This document shows, one piece after another, positions 60,743-64,000 of a stretch of DNA of 64,000 nt (position 1 is its first letter; the number at the start of each line of letters is the position of its first letter). Below the pieces are notes generated by a model, which was not told where the DNA came from, did no database searches, and saw nothing but the letters and a program-made list of their open reading frames with translations. The position numbers and the translations under genes are program-made. This DNA is from Balamuthia mandrillaris. Its lineage: Eukaryota. The stretch is taken from positions 248,001 to 312,000 of the forward strand of contig JAVKOQ020000022.1 of assembly GCA_031835245.2 (NCBI GenBank), read 5' to 3'.

Positions 60743-63532
60743 TCACAAAAACATACGTTGCACCATGTTTCCCTCCGAGTTCAAAAACTTGACCCTGGTC
60801 TGCAGGCCAACAATGTCCTGATAATACAGCCACAGGCCCGAGTTGGGCGACTCCAAAAATTCCTGCTGGGGTTTCACGGCCAACAGGACGCCGCTCAGGC
60901 TGAGCACGCGCCGGAAGAGAGAGACCATGTCCAACACGCTGGCCGACATCACCGGCTCGTCCTCTTCTTCGTTGGTTGTGTTGGGATTATTGTTGTTGGT
61001 GGTGTTGAGGGCTACGTTCTCTTTTTCTTTTTGTTGGTGTGGAGGAAGGGAGGAGATGTTTGGGAGGGGGTGTTGAAGCTTGGTGGAGGAGCGTTGTTGC
61101 TTCACTTTCTCTTTCTCCTTTCCTTTCTCCACTTTTTGCTTTTGTCGCTCCTTCTTTCTCTCCTCCTGTTTTCTCTTCTTCTCCTCCTTTTTCTTCTTCT
61201 TCTCCTCCTTCTTCTTTCCTCTTTCTGCTTTGTTGTTGTTATTCGTGCTGGTATTGTCCTTTTTCTCTCTTCCATAAATCGCGCTCCCACTTGCAGCGGA
61301 AACCGTTGAAGCGGACGAAGAGGAAGAAGCAGAAGCTAACGACATGGATGCCCTTCTTTCAATCCTTTCACTTCTCTCCACAAATTCCTCCTCGTCCTCC
61401 TCATCAGCGGTAGTATCCTCGTCCTCATCGCTCTCTTCCTCTTCCTCGTCTGTGTCTTCCTCCTCTCCCTCCTTCTTTTGCCCTTTGTCCGCAGCATTGT
61501 TGGGGCCGCCGAATGTTCCTCTCAGGTCTACAATCATCGTTGTGGTGGACTCGTTGAGCTCCTGCTCTGATAGAGTCTTGGGGAAGTCGTGTTGAATGAG
61601 GTAGGCTAGCTCTTTGGTCCAAAAGTTTTTGCTAGCTTTAGTCTTGCCAAAGACTAAGTTGAGAAAATCTACCACTGAGTTTTGTACTGGTGTTAGCAGC
61701 ATTGGCGGTGACTCTCTTGTCTTTGTTCTATTTGAATGTTTTTGTTTGCGTAAATTTTTTGAAGTATAACAAAAAAGCAAAGAAACGAATAAAAAGGGAC
61801 GAGTAAACTAAACAATAGAAAAGAAGGAAAGGAAACCTCAAGTTGGCTCTAAGTTTGTTCTTGATGGTTCTGGCAACAATTTCCTGTAACAAAATGCTCC
61901 TCACTTGCTTAGAACGGCACTTGGCCCTGATGAGGCCCAACTTCCTCAAGTTGATACCGTGCTTGTGAACGACAGCAGCAATCTCCTCTCCCACAAACTT
62001 GGAGGACAGCCATTTGGAGTCTTTGCCATCCAACCAAGTCGCGAATTGGGGAATGGTTTCGTTGTGTAAACGTTTGGTGGCTTCCATTATTTCTTGGTTG
62101 TTCTCTGGTCGTTGCATGCCAAACTTGGAGAAGGCATCAGAGGAGAGAGGACTGGAATTATCTGTGTTTTTGAAAGAGAGAGTTTAGAGAAAGCAAGAAT
62201 AAGAAATAGAAGAGAAAGGCACGAACTGCGGACAAACTCTGGCCTTAAACGATTGCAAAGGCCTGTATGTTGTGTTCTGCAAAAATAGGTTCAGTGTTAT
62301 TGAAGTAGAGAGTGAAAGACGGAGAGTGAACATGAGAGAGAGAGAGAGAGAGAGGAGATGTACCCTCGTTCGGGAGTTTCAGGAGGCATTATACCAGCAA
62401 ATTCTTTTACGTAGAATCTCCCGTCCTGTAACAAAGCAACAAAGAAAGAAAGCAGGCATAGTTAACACAAGAATAGCAGGAAATTTAGAGCAATAACGAA
62501 CTACTCCATAATGGCCTTCGATTTCAGAGTTAAAGCATAATTCCTTATTGCCTACAAGATGTTTCTTTAGATTCATCTTGGAGGCAGCTTGTTGCATCTT
62601 CTTGCTAAACTTAACGTTCTCGTTGTAAACGCTAAGTCCATCACTGCTGCCGTAAATGAGTGTTCTTTCGTTGATTGGAAGTTCTAAAAAGAACACCAAA
62701 AAAGTGGTTAAAGAAGAAGGATAAAGCGTCTCTAGAAAAAGCAAACAGACAGAAGAAAGGAGAAAGGAGAAAGAAGAAAGAAGAAAGAAGAAAGAAGAAA
62801 GAAGAAAGAAGAAAGAAGAAAGAATAATGAAAGGAACGAAAGGAAAAAAAAAAGAAAGATACCAGAATGAGCAACAATACGAAAGCCCTGGAAGTCAATC
62901 TGTACAAGGAATGGAAAGTGAAGGGCAGGAACTTTGCAATTAACAAACGATTTGCAGCCAAGGATCTCATGAGAGCCCATTTTCATCGCATTCTGATTGG
63001 AGCCATATGTCTTTTGTGAGTCCATGAAGAGAGTGTAGAGGATGCCTTTATGACGATAACGCTCAAAGCCCAAGTTGGCACTACTCCAATAATGTTAGAC
63101 CCAAAAAGAAAAAGAAACGGGAAAGGAAAAGAGAAAGAACTAAAGTAAAGAAGCAACAGTAACCTTTGAAGTTTGGCCGCTTCGAGGCTGCTATCCTCGC
63201 CACCGCAGGAAAGAGGTTTGATGGTCTTGTGCTTGCTGTTGACAAAGGTTTCAGAGATGATAATCTTGCCGTAAGTAGTGGCGTTGTGGATAAAGTCTTG
63301 AGCGAGGGCCTGCCACTTGCTTTCTCTTTCCTTGGAGGGAGACTCCTCCCACAAGTTTTGAAAGAGAGTGTTCCAACTGAACGTATCTTCCTTTTCGTGT
63401 TCTGCAATATGAAGAGAGAGAGAGAGAGAGAGAACAAAAAAAAAAACGGAATGAGTGGAAGAACACAATGTATAGATGAGCAGAACTTACCTTCATCATC
63501 GCTAAAATCTAGATGGAGAAGAGAGAGGGAAG

Positions 63533-63568
<36 letters not shown>

Positions 63569-64000
63569 ATGGTGGCGTTTTGTTATGGAACAGTTTTCGT
63601 GTGTTTCCAGATAAAAATAGAGCAGGTTACAAACCTTCAAAAGACTCTGTGTCCACTTCGCTCATGAAGGAGTACTCGGCGCCGGTAAAGCTCTCTTCTG
63701 TAGTCAGATCATGATCCTTGTCTCTTGCACCTTTATGGATAAGAGGTTACAAAAATGGTGACATTAACAGAGAGAGAGAGAGAGAGAGAGAGACAAACTC
63801 TTTAACAGGCCTATGCTGGAGCCAGTTCTCTTGTGAGAGGTGCGCCGTGACTTGGTCCCACAGATCTCCTTCAAAGCGCTTATCTCAGATGTTATCTCCG
63901 CCAACAACTTCTCGTAAGCCATCACTGAGTTGTTATTGTTGCTGGTGTTGCCGCTGCCTCCTGCTGCTGTTGCAGCTGAAGAAGCACCTGATGAGGAGGA
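60743..64000 (-). CDS. Clu (clustered-mitochondria)-domain protein, 5' partial
   Basis: WNTLFQ..LAQDFIHNATTYGKIIISE..TIKP, AMKMGSHE, IDFQGFRIVA, LPINERTLIYGSSDG, MNLKKHLVG, EIEGHYG, LRPEFV, VHKHGINLRKLG, EIVARTIKN. Confidence 0.85.

Overview
Gene-dense, intron-rich eukaryotic DNA. Introns are short GT-AG types with GTTCGT/GTACGT/GTATGT donors, and there are many (AG)n, (GAA)n and (GAAA)n microsatellites. The style suggests a free-living amoebozoan such as Balamuthia or Acanthamoeba; this is inference only. About 28 protein-coding loci can be reconstructed by hand. Recognisable families: aldose 1-epimerase (partial), a decayed RING/TRAF-Zn/WD40 gene, a METTL18/Hpm1-like methyltransferase, two long-chain acyl-CoA synthetases, a BAG+HSP20 fusion, a GATA factor, a Zn-finger SDR, three sulfotransferases, a DOMON protein, two atypical small GTPases (one F-box-fused), AGGF1-like, GCNA/ACRC-like SprT protease, SID-1-family transporter, EamA transporter, histidine acid phosphatase, IBR-RING2 and RING E3-like proteins, and a Clu-domain gene (partial). 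No rRNA, tRNA, CRISPR array or recognisable transposase was seen. The best leads are the BAG-sHSP fusion, a densely base-paired ~290-nt intergenic element at 60.2-60.5 kb, the SID-1 and GCNA homologs, and the convergent atypical GTPase pair. Family calls come from motif recognition, not database searches; exon boundaries were inferred manually.
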